The notes beneath the pieces are model-generated. The model had not been told where the DNA came from and searched no databases. It was given only the letters and a program-made list of their open reading frames with translations. From NCBI GenBank assembly GCA_902557605.1, contig CACEAQ010000001.1, positions 7,963 through 71,962 of the forward strand: a stretch of DNA of 64,000 bases, written 5' to 3'. This document shows, piece by piece, positions 49,946-59,529 of this stretch. The DNA is from an uncultured Pelagibacteraceae bacterium. GTDB lineage: Bacteria > Pseudomonadota > Alphaproteobacteria > Pelagibacterales > Pelagibacteraceae. Each line of letters opens with the position of its first letter. Within the stretch, counting starts at the first letter, position 1. The translations under genes and the position numbers were made by a program.

Positions 49946-51073
49946 ATGAATTCACTAGGAATTAATAAATCAAAAAAAGAAACAAAAGTAGTTGTTGCAA
50001 TGTCTGGAGGTGTAGACTCTTCCGTTGTAGCTGCTCTAATGAAAGAGGAGGGTTATGATGTCAAAGGTATAACTTTAAAACTTTATGATGATACAAAACA
50101 ATCTAAAGGAGGAAGGCAATGCTGTGCAGGACAAGATATAATGGATGCTAAAAGGGTTTCAGAAAAAATAAATATTAATCACGAAATCCTATATTATCAA
50201 AAAAAATTTAAATCAGAAGTTATAGACTCGTTTATTGATAGTTATGCAGCTGGAGAAACCCCGATTCCATGTGTTCAGTGCAATCAGACTGTAAAATTTA
50301 GAGATTTATTTAAATATGCTAAAGATTTTAAAGCAGATGCATTAGTTACAGGTCACTATGTATCAAGAATTCAAAAAAATGGTCATGCGAGTATGTATAG
50401 AGCTAAAGATATAAATAGAGATCAAAGCTATTTTCTGTTTAGCACAACACAAGAACAGCTTGATTATTTAAGATTTCCTTTGGGAGAAATTGATAAATCT
50501 GAGACAAGATCCATAGCAAAAAAACTAAACTTAAATGTTGCTAATAAACCGGATAGTCAAGATATATGTTTTGTGCCAAATGGTGATTATAGTTCAGTTA
50601 TAAAAAAATACAGACCTGAGTCATTTCAAAAAGGAGACATAGTTGATCTCAATGGAGATAAAATCGGTGAACATCAAGGGATAATTAATTACACAATTGG
50701 TCAAAGAAAAGGAATTAAAATTTCAAGTGAAAAACCTCTTTACGTAATAAATATAAATGCCAATGAGAACAAAGTTATTGTGGGCAATAAAGAAAATTTA
50801 GAAATTAAAGAAATTCAACTTAGAGAATTAAATATTTTGGCAAATAAAGATGAGTTCAACGAAGTTATTAATATAAAAGTTAGATCAACAGGTAGACTTT
50901 TAAAAGCAAAAATAAATCTTATTAAAGATTACGCTCAAGTCGAAATTTTAGATAAAGAAACTGGGATTTCACCGGGACAAGCATGTGTTTTTTATTCAAA
51001 AGATTCTTTTGGGGATAAAGTACTTGGAGGTGGTTGGATAGATAAGACTTTTAATAATAAGTTATCCACTTAA
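49946..51073 (+). CDS. mnmA: tRNA 2-thiouridylase
   Basis: [46 protein letters not shown]. Confidence 0.97.
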   Translation: MNSLGINKSKKETKVVVAMSGGVDSSVVAALMKEEGYDVKGITLKLYDDTKQSKGGRQCCAGQDIMDAKRVSEKININHEILYYQKKFKSEVIDSFIDSYAAGETPIPCVQCNQTVKFRDLFKYAKDFKADALVTGHYVSRIQKNGHASMYRAKDINRDQSYFLFSTTQEQLDYLRFPLGEIDKSETRSIAKKLNLNVANKPDSQDICFVPNGDYSSVIKKYRPESFQKGDIVDLNGDKIGEHQGIINYTIGQRKGIKISSEKPLYVININANENKVIVGNKENLEIKEIQLRELNILANKDEFNEVINIKVRSTGRLLKAKINLIKDYAQVEILDKETGISPGQACVFYSKDSFGDKVLGGGWIDKTFNNKLST

Positions 51074-51143
51074 TTAACATACATTCATAAGACACGCATT
51101 AAGTGATTACAAATATCGATCGCCTATGATTTAATATTTGTAA

Positions 51144-51314
51144 TTAAGAGGCAACTCTTAACTGGCCAATTAAGGAAAAACCGAGAGGTTCAAGCTTAAG
51201 GGGCAGAAAGGTGGACCTAGTAGCGCTAGAATAGTTCATCGGGACGGCTTGGCGGTAGCGCCTAAAACGACGAGCCAAAACTACTAAATTTCTGGGCGAA
51301 AGCCTAGAAATTTA
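51144..51314 (+). ncRNA. Unassigned structured non-coding RNA
   Basis: About 46% GC by hand count; three GNRA-capped hairpins (GCAA, GAGA, GAAA), further stems with G-U pairs on the + strand, possible pseudoknot. Confidence 0.75.
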
Positions 51315-52013
51315 AGTGGTTCTTCTCCAAAAAAATCTTGAAAATAAATAGAAAGTAATTAATCCAACAAAGTAATTCCACTCAAGCGCATGTTTAAATT
51401 GTGTATTACCTTTGGTAACAAGTATAGGCAAACTCAAAATTGCAATTAAAGACAACGAACAAACTAAAATAAATTTTAAAACAAAAACATATTTGACAAT
51501 GTAATCATATAACTTTTTTCTCAATTTATAAAAATGATAAATTAATAATCCTTGCGCAATTAGTTCGAATATTACAAAAAGCAACAATACAATTCTTCTA
51601 AAAAATTTGTAAAGCTGAATATCAAATTTAATTCCTAAAAATATAGAATGAATAATTAAGAAAATTGCTGATAAAATTCCAAATATTTTAAATTTATAAT
51701 TAATATTTGTTCCATTCAAGTTATTGATTAGATTGTTATTCTTTGACCAATAATAATATAAAAGAATACTCGTAAGAAACATTGAGGGTTTAAAAATTAA
51801 AAATTGAGGAAATGTTCTTGCAGCTCTACTAATGGATAAACTTCCATCTAAATAAGGTATTGAAAAATTTGACCTACCAATATGTTCCACGCTAAAAACT
51901 GTGTTTTCAAAGAGTTCATAGTTCTGAGAAATTATTAAACATAAATTAATTGCAATAAAAGGGATTAAGAAAATCCATAAACTTAATTTTCTTATTTGAT
52001 CAATCCCATTCAT
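51312..52013 (-). CDS. Hypothetical multi-pass membrane protein
   Basis: About 6 TM, SISRAAR and LEWN motifs; family not recognised. Confidence 0.65.
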   Translation of the reverse strand: MNGIDQIRKLSLWIFLIPFIAINLCLIISQNYELFENTVFSVEHIGRSNFSIPYLDGSLSISRAARTFPQFLIFKPSMFLTSILLYYYWSKNNNLINNLNGTNINYKFKIFGILSAIFLIIHSIFLGIKFDIQLYKFFRRIVLLLFVIFELIAQGLLIYHFYKLRKKLYDYIVKYVFVLKFILVCSLSLIAILSLPILVTKGNTQFKHALEWNYFVGLITFYLFSRFFWRRTT

Positions 52014-52028
52014 AAATTTTTGAAATTA

Positions 52029-52112
52029 TTATTTTTTCTTGTTTCTTTTTCGCGCTCTTCTTTTTTTTGAGCCAATTTTTCTTCTTCCTCGGTGTTTTTT
52101 TGGATAACCCAT
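52029..52112 (-). CDS. 27-aa highly basic peptide (absent from ORF track)
   Basis: MGYPKKHRGRRKIGSKKRRARKRNKKK; AAGGAGG 7 nt upstream; tandem TAA TAA stops. Confidence 0.75.
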   Translation of the reverse strand: MGYPKKHRGRRKIGSKKRRARKRNKKK

Positions 52113-52178
52113 ATTTTTGCCTCCTTTTTTATATCAAATTATGAAAAGTTATATATAAAAATCAAATATACTTATTTT

Positions 52179-53375
52179 ATGAAAAAGTCCATACGCACAT
52201 TTCTTAAGCATCCAACAAAAGATAATTCTAATAGATCAGCAAATCCTCCTGTTACACGAGCCTCCACAATTTTATTCAATTCGATGCAAGAAATGTACCA
52301 ACATGAGCTTAAAATTAAAAAACATAAAAAAGTAACGCATTTTACCTATGGAAGATATGGGAGCACTACAACTATTGAACTCGAAAATATTTTGAAAGAA
52401 TTAGAGCAAGCGTATCATGTTTTTTTAACAGGAACAGGATTTGGTGGAATAGCTTTAGCATTAATGTCTATATGTAGGCCAGGTGATGAAATTCTAGTTT
52501 CAGATAATGTGTATGGTCCCACAAAAGAAATATCACAGGAATTAATGAAAGAATTTGAAGTCAACGCAAAATTTTATAATCCCGAATCTTTTGAAGACCT
52601 TAAGGAGAAAATATCAAATAAAACAAAATTGATTTTGGTTGAAAATCCTGGAAGTAACACATTTGAATTTCAAGATTTAACGAAAATTGTTCAATTAGCA
52701 AAAAGAAAAAAAATTTATACCCTCCTGGATAATACTTGGGGAACGCCACTTTATTTAAAACCTTTAAAAATTGGTTTTGACATGTCTTTTTGTTCCGCTA
52801 CCAAATATTTCTCTGGCCACTCAGATGCAATGGGAGGTTCTTTAGCTGTAAATCAAAAAGTTTTTAAAAAGATAATGTTTTTTTATAAATTATCAGGGTA
52901 CCGGATGTCAGCAGATGAGGCATATTTGATAATAAGAGGTTTAAGAACTTTAGATACTAGATTAAAACAACACAGTGAGAATACAAAGATTATAATTAAT
53001 TTTCTCAAAAGACAAAAAAAAATTAAAGAAATTCTTTACCCTCATAATCCCTCAAGTAAAAATTACAAACTTTGGAAAAAATATTATTCCGGGGCTACTG
53101 GTTTGCTCTCTATTGTCATAAAAAGTAAAAAAAAATCCTCTGTAATAGCTTTTATTAACTCTTTAGAATTATTTGGAATAGGGTACAGTTGGGGTGGTTT
53201 TGAAAGTCTTGCTATTCTTCAAGAAATTAAAAGCACTAAAAAAGATGAGTATTTAAAGGGGCGCCAATTTTATCGCTTTAAGAAAGACGAATATATTGTA
53301 AGACTTCACATTGGTTTAGAAGACCCGAAAGATTTAATTCATGATTTAAAAAATGGTTTAAAAAAAATTAAATGA
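52179..53375 (+). CDS. metC: Cystathionine beta-lyase (track start 52092 is probably too long)
   Basis: NPPV.RASTI, YGRYG, ENPGS, DNTW, PLP-Lys motif SATKYFSGHSD, SWGGFESL, RLHIGLED. Confidence 0.9.
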   Translation: MKKSIRTFLKHPTKDNSNRSANPPVTRASTILFNSMQEMYQHELKIKKHKKVTHFTYGRYGSTTTIELENILKELEQAYHVFLTGTGFGGIALALMSICRPGDEILVSDNVYGPTKEISQELMKEFEVNAKFYNPESFEDLKEKISNKTKLILVENPGSNTFEFQDLTKIVQLAKRKKIYTLLDNTWGTPLYLKPLKIGFDMSFCSATKYFSGHSDAMGGSLAVNQKVFKKIMFFYKLSGYRMSADEAYLIIRGLRTLDTRLKQHSENTKIIINFLKRQKKIKEILYPHNPSSKNYKLWKKYYSGATGLLSIVIKSKKKSSVIAFINSLELFGIGYSWGGFESLAILQEIKSTKKDEYLKGRQFYRFKKDEYIVRLHIGLEDPKDLIHDLKNGLKKIK

Positions 53376-54598
53376 TAAAAAATTTTTTTCCAAACAAAAC
53401 TGCTTTATACGCTCTAATAGCTGCATGTTTTGTTGTATGCACCACAATGGGAGTTAGACAGACCTTTGGACTTTACTCTAGTGAATTTGAAATATCTGGG
53501 GGAACTTCCAACACTGAATTTGGATTAGCAATTGCTGTACACGCAATATTTTGGGGAATTTTTACACCAATCTTTGGAAGAATCTCTGATAGACTAGGTG
53601 GATATGTTGTAATCGTTCCTGCTTTAATTTTCTATTCAATAGCAATGTTATTAATGGGAAATAATTATATTTCGGGTATGTGGCTCCAATTAAATTTAGG
53701 TTTATTTGTCGGTTTGGGTTTGGCTGGCGCAGCTGGCACAATTCTTACTCCAATGATATCAAAACATTTTCCTAATGAGAACAGAAGTAAAGCTGCTGGT
53801 CTTGTTACTGCAAGTGGTGGATTAGGAATGTTTATTTTTCCAATTTTAGCAAACATATTTGAAAATATTTCAACTTGGCAAATTTCTTTCATTATCTTTT
53901 CAATAATATTATTTTTAATGTGTATACCTGGGTTCTTCGTGAAATTGCCTCAAAATACAGTTGCTGCAGTCAATTCAAATATAGATAATCGAAGTTTAAA
54001 TGAGGTATTAAAAGAATCTTTTGCTCATAAAGGTTTTCGTTTACTTATTCTTGGATTTTTTGTTTGTGGATTTCAAATTACTTTAATAGCTACTCATGTA
54101 CCAAGATATGTTCAAGACAAAGGTTTAGCTGACTGGACTGGAATGGCTATTTTGGCTTTGATAGGTTTTTTCAATATAATTGGAACACTTATAATGGGTT
54201 ACTTAGGTGACAAATACAGCAAAAAGATTCTGTTAAGTGGCTTGTATTTTTTAAGGGGTATTGCGTTAATACTTTTCATTTTTCTACCAGCTTCAAATTT
54301 GTCTGCAGTTTTATTTGGTACTTCATTTGGTTTATTGTGGCTTGCTACGGTTCCAGCTACAAACGGGATAGTTGCCCAAATTTTTGGAACTAAAAATTTA
54401 ACACTTTTATTTGGCATAGTATTTTTAAATCATCAATTTGGATCATTTTTAGGAGCATATTTGGGAGGTTACTTTTATGACCAATTTGGAAGCTTTGATT
54501 ATGCCTGGTACTTAGCTATAATTTTATCTTTCATCGCTACTGCATTGCATTTACCTATCGATGAAAAACCTTTAGCAACTGTGAATAAAACTATCTAA
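53372..54598 (+). CDS. MFS transporter
   Basis: About 12 TM, GRISDRLGG and GYLGDKYSK loops, GFFVCGF, HQFGSFLG. Confidence 0.9.
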   Translation: MIKNFFPNKTALYALIAACFVVCTTMGVRQTFGLYSSEFEISGGTSNTEFGLAIAVHAIFWGIFTPIFGRISDRLGGYVVIVPALIFYSIAMLLMGNNYISGMWLQLNLGLFVGLGLAGAAGTILTPMISKHFPNENRSKAAGLVTASGGLGMFIFPILANIFENISTWQISFIIFSIILFLMCIPGFFVKLPQNTVAAVNSNIDNRSLNEVLKESFAHKGFRLLILGFFVCGFQITLIATHVPRYVQDKGLADWTGMAILALIGFFNIIGTLIMGYLGDKYSKKILLSGLYFLRGIALILFIFLPASNLSAVLFGTSFGLLWLATVPATNGIVAQIFGTKNLTLLFGIVFLNHQFGSFLGAYLGGYFYDQFGSFDYAWYLAIILSFIATALHLPIDEKPLATVNKTI

Positions 54599-54609
54599 GG
54601 TTGTATTTT

Positions 54610-54681
54610 GAGTCTCAAAGTGAATCAAAAGTGAATCAAAACGAGAACATTTAACTTTATTCAACTGTTAATTGTGGATAA
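54610..54681. promoter_or_regulatory. GANTC cluster, tandem repeat and DnaA box
   Basis: GAGTC at 54610, GAATC at 54622 and 54633 (repeat aaagtgaatca x2), perfect TGTGGATAA at 54673-54681. Confidence 0.55.
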
Positions 54682-54740
54682 TTTTTTTATTTAATCATTC
54701 GTAGTTTTTTTATAGGCTTAATATAACCAAAGGATTAAAA

Positions 54741-55409
54741 ATGTTTTCATCAGACTTAGGAAAAAAACTAGACAAGTATCATTTACTTAAACATCCATTT
54801 TATCAAATTTATTGGAACGAAGGAAAATTAAATAGAGAGATTATCAAAGATTATGCTGAACAGTATTACCAGCATGTTAAAGCATTTCCGAGATATATCA
54901 GCGCCACACATTCAATTTGCGAGGATATAGAAAAGAGAAGAATTCTTCTCGAAAATCTTCAAGATGAAGAAAATAAGGATGGAGACCATCCAAAACTTTG
55001 GAAAAATTTTGCAAAATCTTTGGGAGCAGATGACTCAATAGAAAATGTAAAACTTGATTGGTTTACTAAGGATATGATCGAGAATTTTTTTTCTCAAGCT
55101 AGAAAATCTTACGCTGAAGGCTTAGCTTCTTTGTATACTTATGAAAGACAGATTCCTGAAATAGCAGAGACTAAAATTCAAGGATTAAAAAAGTTTTATG
55201 GAGTAAATTCAAAAGAGGGACTAGAATTTTTTGAGGCACATAAATCTGCTGATGTAATTCATAGGGCAGAGTGTGAAAAGCTTTTAGATAGCCTTTCTAA
55301 AGACGAGCAAGAAAAGGCTGAAAATGCCTCTTTATTAACTGCTAGATATCTTTGGAATTTTTTAAGTGGAATGATTTTTAAGCACAAGCTTGGTCAAGCA
55401 GCTGCTTAA
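54741..55409 (+). CDS. CADD-type heme-oxygenase-like dimetal oxidase (putative self-sacrificing pABA synthase)
   Basis: HPFY, YY.HV.AFPRY, ENL.DEE...H..LW, YE.Q.PE.A..K, H...D..H. Confidence 0.85.
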   Translation: MFSSDLGKKLDKYHLLKHPFYQIYWNEGKLNREIIKDYAEQYYQHVKAFPRYISATHSICEDIEKRRILLENLQDEENKDGDHPKLWKNFAKSLGADDSIENVKLDWFTKDMIENFFSQARKSYAEGLASLYTYERQIPEIAETKIQGLKKFYGVNSKEGLEFFEAHKSADVIHRAECEKLLDSLSKDEQEKAENASLLTARYLWNFLSGMIFKHKLGQAAA

Positions 55410-55462
55410 TTTAAAAGTCTAGATTGACAATTTAGGGTAAGAGGAATACCTATGAAATAGGT

Positions 55463-56551
55463 ATGGAAATTTATCTTCCAATTGTTCAGGTTCACATTGA
55501 TATAATTTTAATTTTATTCATTAGTTTTGCAGTAGGAGTTTTGTCAGGTCTATTTGGTGTAGGAGGAGGTTTTCTGATGACACCATTTTTGATTTTTTTA
55601 GGAATTCCACCAATTTATGCAGTGCCTAACGAAATAAATAATATTTTAGCTACATCAGTGTCGGGATCAATGACTCATTGGTTTAAAAATACTTTAGATT
55701 ATAAAATGGGATTTATGATGATTATTGGCGGAGCTGCTGGAACAATTCTTGGGATAATTACTTTCACTTTCTTTAAAGAAACTGGAAAATTAAGTTTAAT
55801 TATTTCTTTATCATACATGTACCTTTTAGCTATTATTGGTACTTTAATGTTAATTGAAGGTGCCAAAGAAATAGATAGAGCTAGAAAAAAACTAATTTTA
55901 AAACAAAAACTTCATACTCATTATTGGATACACGGCCTTCCTTTAAAACTAAGATTTCCTAAATCAAGACTTTATGAAAGTGCTTTTACTCCAATTATTT
56001 TGGGAGTTGTAGTTGGATTCGTTGCTGCTTTAATTGGAGTGGGAGGTGCTTTTTTAATGGTACCGGCAATGATTTATCTTATTGGTATGCCTATTAAGTT
56101 AATCCCTGGTACATCTTTATTTGTAACAGTTTTCATAAGTGCATTAGTCACAATTTTACATGCATTTAATTATGGATCGATAGATTTAATTTTAGTTATA
56201 ATTTTAGTTGTTGGATCTATTGTGGGAGTGCAGGTTGGTCAAAAAGTAGGACAATATCTAGATAGTTCACATCTAAAAACTTTGTTTGCAATGTTGTTAT
56301 GTACTGTAGCAATCGCAATAGCGTACGATACATTTTTCTACGAAGGGATTAGACAATTAAAGAATACCGAAATAGTAAATGTTGATAATCTAAACTTTTT
56401 TTCTCAATTTATCTCAAAACTGTCTGAAAATAATCCACTTCTATATGGATCTTTAGCAATACTTTTAGCGATCGTTTTAGGAGCTTTAGGTGCTGGAGGA
56501 AGACAATTATTAAGTAAATATAGATATATATTTTTAATTAAAAAGAATTAA
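55463..56551 (+). CDS. TauE/SafE (TSUP) sulfite exporter family
   Basis: SGLFGVGGGFLMTP and GVGGAFLMVP repeats; TTGACA at 55424. Confidence 0.9.
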   Translation: MEIYLPIVQVHIDIILILFISFAVGVLSGLFGVGGGFLMTPFLIFLGIPPIYAVPNEINNILATSVSGSMTHWFKNTLDYKMGFMMIIGGAAGTILGIITFTFFKETGKLSLIISLSYMYLLAIIGTLMLIEGAKEIDRARKKLILKQKLHTHYWIHGLPLKLRFPKSRLYESAFTPIILGVVVGFVAALIGVGGAFLMVPAMIYLIGMPIKLIPGTSLFVTVFISALVTILHAFNYGSIDLILVIILVVGSIVGVQVGQKVGQYLDSSHLKTLFAMLLCTVAIAIAYDTFFYEGIRQLKNTEIVNVDNLNFFSQFISKLSENNPLLYGSLAILLAIVLGALGAGGRQLLSKYRYIFLIKKN

Positions 56552-57297
56552 ACCAAAGACCTAATTAGTCCAAAAATTGAGACTAAAATTAAAAAATATA
56601 AAACATATTTTTTATAATTTTCCTTTGTGCTTCCAGTGAATAATTTTGTTCCAATAGATACTCCAAAAGGTACAATTAAGATTAGAGGCAAAGTTCTATA
56701 TATCACCTTATGATTTAATATTTCATTGAAGTAAGCAAGGATTAGAGCATATAAGTCAGTGAAAAAAAATAGTGCTGCTAGTGAGGCTCTTATAACAGCT
56801 GGTTCTGCAGCTATTATTAGGAGATAAAGAGCTATTGGTAATCCTGCTAAAGTTCCAAAACCATTTACTGTACCCGCTGTTGCACCAACAAAAAATTTAG
56901 AAATATTATGATTTAGCTTTTTATTTTTATATCCGCGTAACAAAAATACTGCAAAGATAAGAACAGTGACCGAAATAATTAAATGGGTTATTCTTGGCTC
57001 TAATATTGATAATAAATGAACACCAAAAGGTGTTCCAATCAATACACCTAAAAGTAAGTAAAATACAAATTTCCAATTTATTTTTTTCCAAATGCTTGGC
57101 ACCATAAAGAAGCTAGCAATTATCTCTAATAACAAAATAATGGGTACAATTTCTTTCGGTGGAAGAATAAAAGATAATAGCGAAACGCTTGATGCAGAAA
57201 AACCAAATCCACTAAAACCTCTAACCGTTGAAGCAAAAAGAATAATCCCACAAAAAAATATAAATTCTAAAAATGATAGATCTATAGCAGTTAACAT
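56548..57297 (-). CDS. TauE/SafE (TSUP) family protein
   Basis: RGFSGFG, G.P.G, G..NG....AG.P. Confidence 0.85.
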   Translation of the reverse strand: MLTAIDLSFLEFIFFCGIILFASTVRGFSGFGFSASSVSLLSFILPPKEIVPIILLLEIIASFFMVPSIWKKINWKFVFYLLLGVLIGTPFGVHLLSILEPRITHLIISVTVLIFAVFLLRGYKNKKLNHNISKFFVGATAGTVNGFGTLAGLPIALYLLIIAAEPAVIRASLAALFFFTDLYALILAYFNEILNHKVIYRTLPLILIVPFGVSIGTKLFTGSTKENYKKYVLYFLILVSIFGLIRSLV

Positions 57298-57301
57298 TTA
57301 A

Positions 57302-58090
57302 TTAATTTAAAATAGTCATTGGATCTAATTTAATTTCAAACCAATTTAAGCGAATGTCTAGATGAGGACCTGTCGCTCTTCCACTTTGACCAAGTGTGCC
57401 AACTATTTCTCCCTTTTTTACCTTTTGACCTTTTTTAACATTTATATCTTTCATATGCATGTACAGTGTACTAATTCCATGCCCATGATCAAAAATTATT
57501 GTTCCACCGGTAAAATACATGTCATTTTCTACTAATGTCACTACTCCGTCCATCATTGATTTAACAGGAGTTCCCTCTGGAGCATGAAAGTCTATTCCGT
57601 AATGAGGTCTTCTTGGTTTACCATTTAAAATTCTTTGGCTACCATAAACACCAGTTATAATATATTTATCGATAGGATAGATAAATTTGTCTTTAAAAAA
57701 AATTAAACCACTATCTATCGCCCTCGCTTTTCCAATTAAAATATTATCTTTTTTAATTCTCTCATAAACATCTGGTGGCGGTGTTACCTGTTTTGGTGGT
57801 AAACCATCAATTCTTTGTATTTTATATTTTCTTTTAAAAACCTTTTTTTCAATTAATTTGGTTTCTTTATTATTTATTATTTTAATTAAGACGTTGTTTT
57901 TTCTATCTCTATCTAAACCAAAAACAAAATAACCATCATTTGAAACTCTTACTTTTCTATCATCAATAAAAACTTTTGAATTGGAATCTGTTTTTCCTAA
58001 GATAAAAGAACCTTGTTTAAAATTCCCTAAAAATTCAACCGCATGGGAAATATTAAATATTAATAAAAAAAATATTATAAATTTAATCAT
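57302..58090 (-). CDS. M23 family metallopeptidase
   Basis: HYGIDF, GTPV, DHGHG..T.YMH, GRATGPHL. Confidence 0.92.
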   Translation of the reverse strand: MIKFIIFFLLIFNISHAVEFLGNFKQGSFILGKTDSNSKVFIDDRKVRVSNDGYFVFGLDRDRKNNVLIKIINNKETKLIEKKVFKRKYKIQRIDGLPPKQVTPPPDVYERIKKDNILIGKARAIDSGLIFFKDKFIYPIDKYIITGVYGSQRILNGKPRRPHYGIDFHAPEGTPVKSMMDGVVTLVENDMYFTGGTIIFDHGHGISTLYMHMKDINVKKGQKVKKGEIVGTLGQSGRATGPHLDIRLNWFEIKLDPMTILN

Positions 58091-58659
58091 AATAAAATTT
58101 GTAAATCTTCATATATCAATTGAACAGCTACAAAAAGAATTGCAATTAATCCAACCCAACTAATCCAAGAATATTTTTTTATCAGTTTTGCAGTATAATT
58201 AGCTGCAAAAGCCATTAGCAATATTGATAGCCCTAAGCCAAAAGCAAGAAGAGTATAATGATCTCCAGCTGCACCAGCTACGCCTAAAATGTTGTCTAAA
58301 CTCATTGTTACATCTGCAAGTATTACTGTAAAAATTGCTTTTTTAAGATTTGAGTTGTCAACTTCGATATTTTTTTCTTCAATTTTATTCTGAATTACGT
58401 CTCTATAAAGTTTGTAACAAATATAAAGTAATAAAATTCCACCGATCAACCTTAAACCAGAGATTTGTAATAAATAAGCTGTAATAAAAGTAAAAAGAAT
58501 TCTCAAAACAACAGCTCCACCAATGCCCCAGAAAATTATTTTCTTTCTATTTGAATCTTCGAATTTTGAAGCAACCATACCAATAATAATTGCGTTATCT
58601 CCTGCTAAGACCAAGTCAATAAGGATGATTTCTATCAATATAATTAGTTGCTCTGTCAT
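58087..58659 (-). CDS. TerC/YjbE family membrane protein
   Basis: DLVLAGDNA, ADVTMSLDN. Confidence 0.9.
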   Translation of the reverse strand: MTEQLIILIEIILIDLVLAGDNAIIIGMVASKFEDSNRKKIIFWGIGGAVVLRILFTFITAYLLQISGLRLIGGILLLYICYKLYRDVIQNKIEEKNIEVDNSNLKKAIFTVILADVTMSLDNILGVAGAAGDHYTLLAFGLGLSILLMAFAANYTAKLIKKYSWISWVGLIAILFVAVQLIYEDLQILL

Positions 58660-58681
58660 AATGAAATTTATATCTTATTAA

Positions 58682-59443
58682 TTGATGAACTATAAAAATA
58701 TTAAAGTAGAAAAGCGAGAAAATTACGCAATTATCGAAATTGCTAACAATAAAAATAATAGTTTAGATCAAAAAACGCTTAATGAAATTGGTGATGCAAC
58801 CAAAAATTTGCATAAATCAAAAGAGATTAAATGTATTGGTTTAATTGGAGGTCCAAAGTTTTTTTCGCCTGGAGCCGATATCAAAGAACTTGAAAAACTT
58901 GACTCAAAAAAAGCAAAAAAACAAAAACTTTTTTCTAAAGTTGATGATTTACAAAAAATCGATATTCCAATTATCTCATTCGTCGAGGGCTATGCATTAG
59001 GAGGTGGTTTTGAGCTTGCTCTCTCAAGTGATTTAATCATTGCAAGCTCTGAAGCGAAATTTGGTTTGCCTGAAATTAATTTAGGATTAATTCCAGGTAT
59101 TGGTGGTACACAAAAAACAAAAAAATTTACTTCAAATCAAAATGTAAAATACTTAGCAATGTCAGGAGAAATTATTGATGCTGAAACTGCAATGAAGTAT
59201 GGGATTGTTTCGCAAATTATTCCTAAAGAAAATTTTAAAGAATTTACTTTAAACTTTTTAAATACAATCTCTTCGAAGCCAAAAAAATCACTTCAAGTTA
59301 TTAAATATTTAGTCAATTCAGAAGATAATTTAAAAAAATCTTTAATAAAAGAGAGACAAGAGTTTTATAAATTGCTAGATAGTGAAAATAAAAAAATTGG
59401 AATAAAAAGTTTTCTTAATAAAACAAAGCCTAATTGGAAATAA
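58682..59443 (+). CDS. Enoyl-CoA hydratase/isomerase
   Basis: F..GADI, GYALGGGFELAL, FGLPEINLG.IPG.GGTQ. Confidence 0.92.
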   Translation: MMNYKNIKVEKRENYAIIEIANNKNNSLDQKTLNEIGDATKNLHKSKEIKCIGLIGGPKFFSPGADIKELEKLDSKKAKKQKLFSKVDDLQKIDIPIISFVEGYALGGGFELALSSDLIIASSEAKFGLPEINLGLIPGIGGTQKTKKFTSNQNVKYLAMSGEIIDAETAMKYGIVSQIIPKENFKEFTLNFLNTISSKPKKSLQVIKYLVNSEDNLKKSLIKERQEFYKLLDSENKKIGIKSFLNKTKPNWK

Positions 59444-59458
59444 ATCATCTTCAAGTTG

Positions 59459-59505
59459 TAGACAATTTGCATACCTGTAATTAAATTTTAACATAGTTAA
59501 ACTAT
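59459..59505 (+). promoter_or_regulatory. Candidate sigma70 promoter with overlapping inverted repeat
   Basis: TAGACA-17 bp-TAAATT, then atagtt-a-aactat at 59493-59505. Confidence 0.5.
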
Positions 59506-59529
59506 CCTAAATTTAATTAAGATTTACTT

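Noticed and set aside
51062-51070. DnaA-box-like TTATCCACT
   Set aside because: 8/9 match inside the last codons of mnmA, isolated; may be chance
30719-51097. Hexamer ACACGC in three intergenic regions (30719, 36701, 51092)
   Set aside because: Too short, also present in coding sequence, and no shared flanking motif
51144-51239. 31-aa minus-strand ORF (MNYSSATR...) across the structured RNA
   Set aside because: No SD or motif; GNRA loops and G-U pairs favour a + strand RNA
52092-52178. N-terminal extension of metC from GTG 52092
   Set aside because: It overlaps the basic-peptide gene and its SD; MetC-like sequence begins at ATG 52179
54617-54640. Tandem repeat as a CRISPR or LexA box
   Set aside because: Only two 11-bp copies with no spacers; GAAT-N7-GAAT deviates from the alphaproteobacterial GAAC-N7-GAAC consensus
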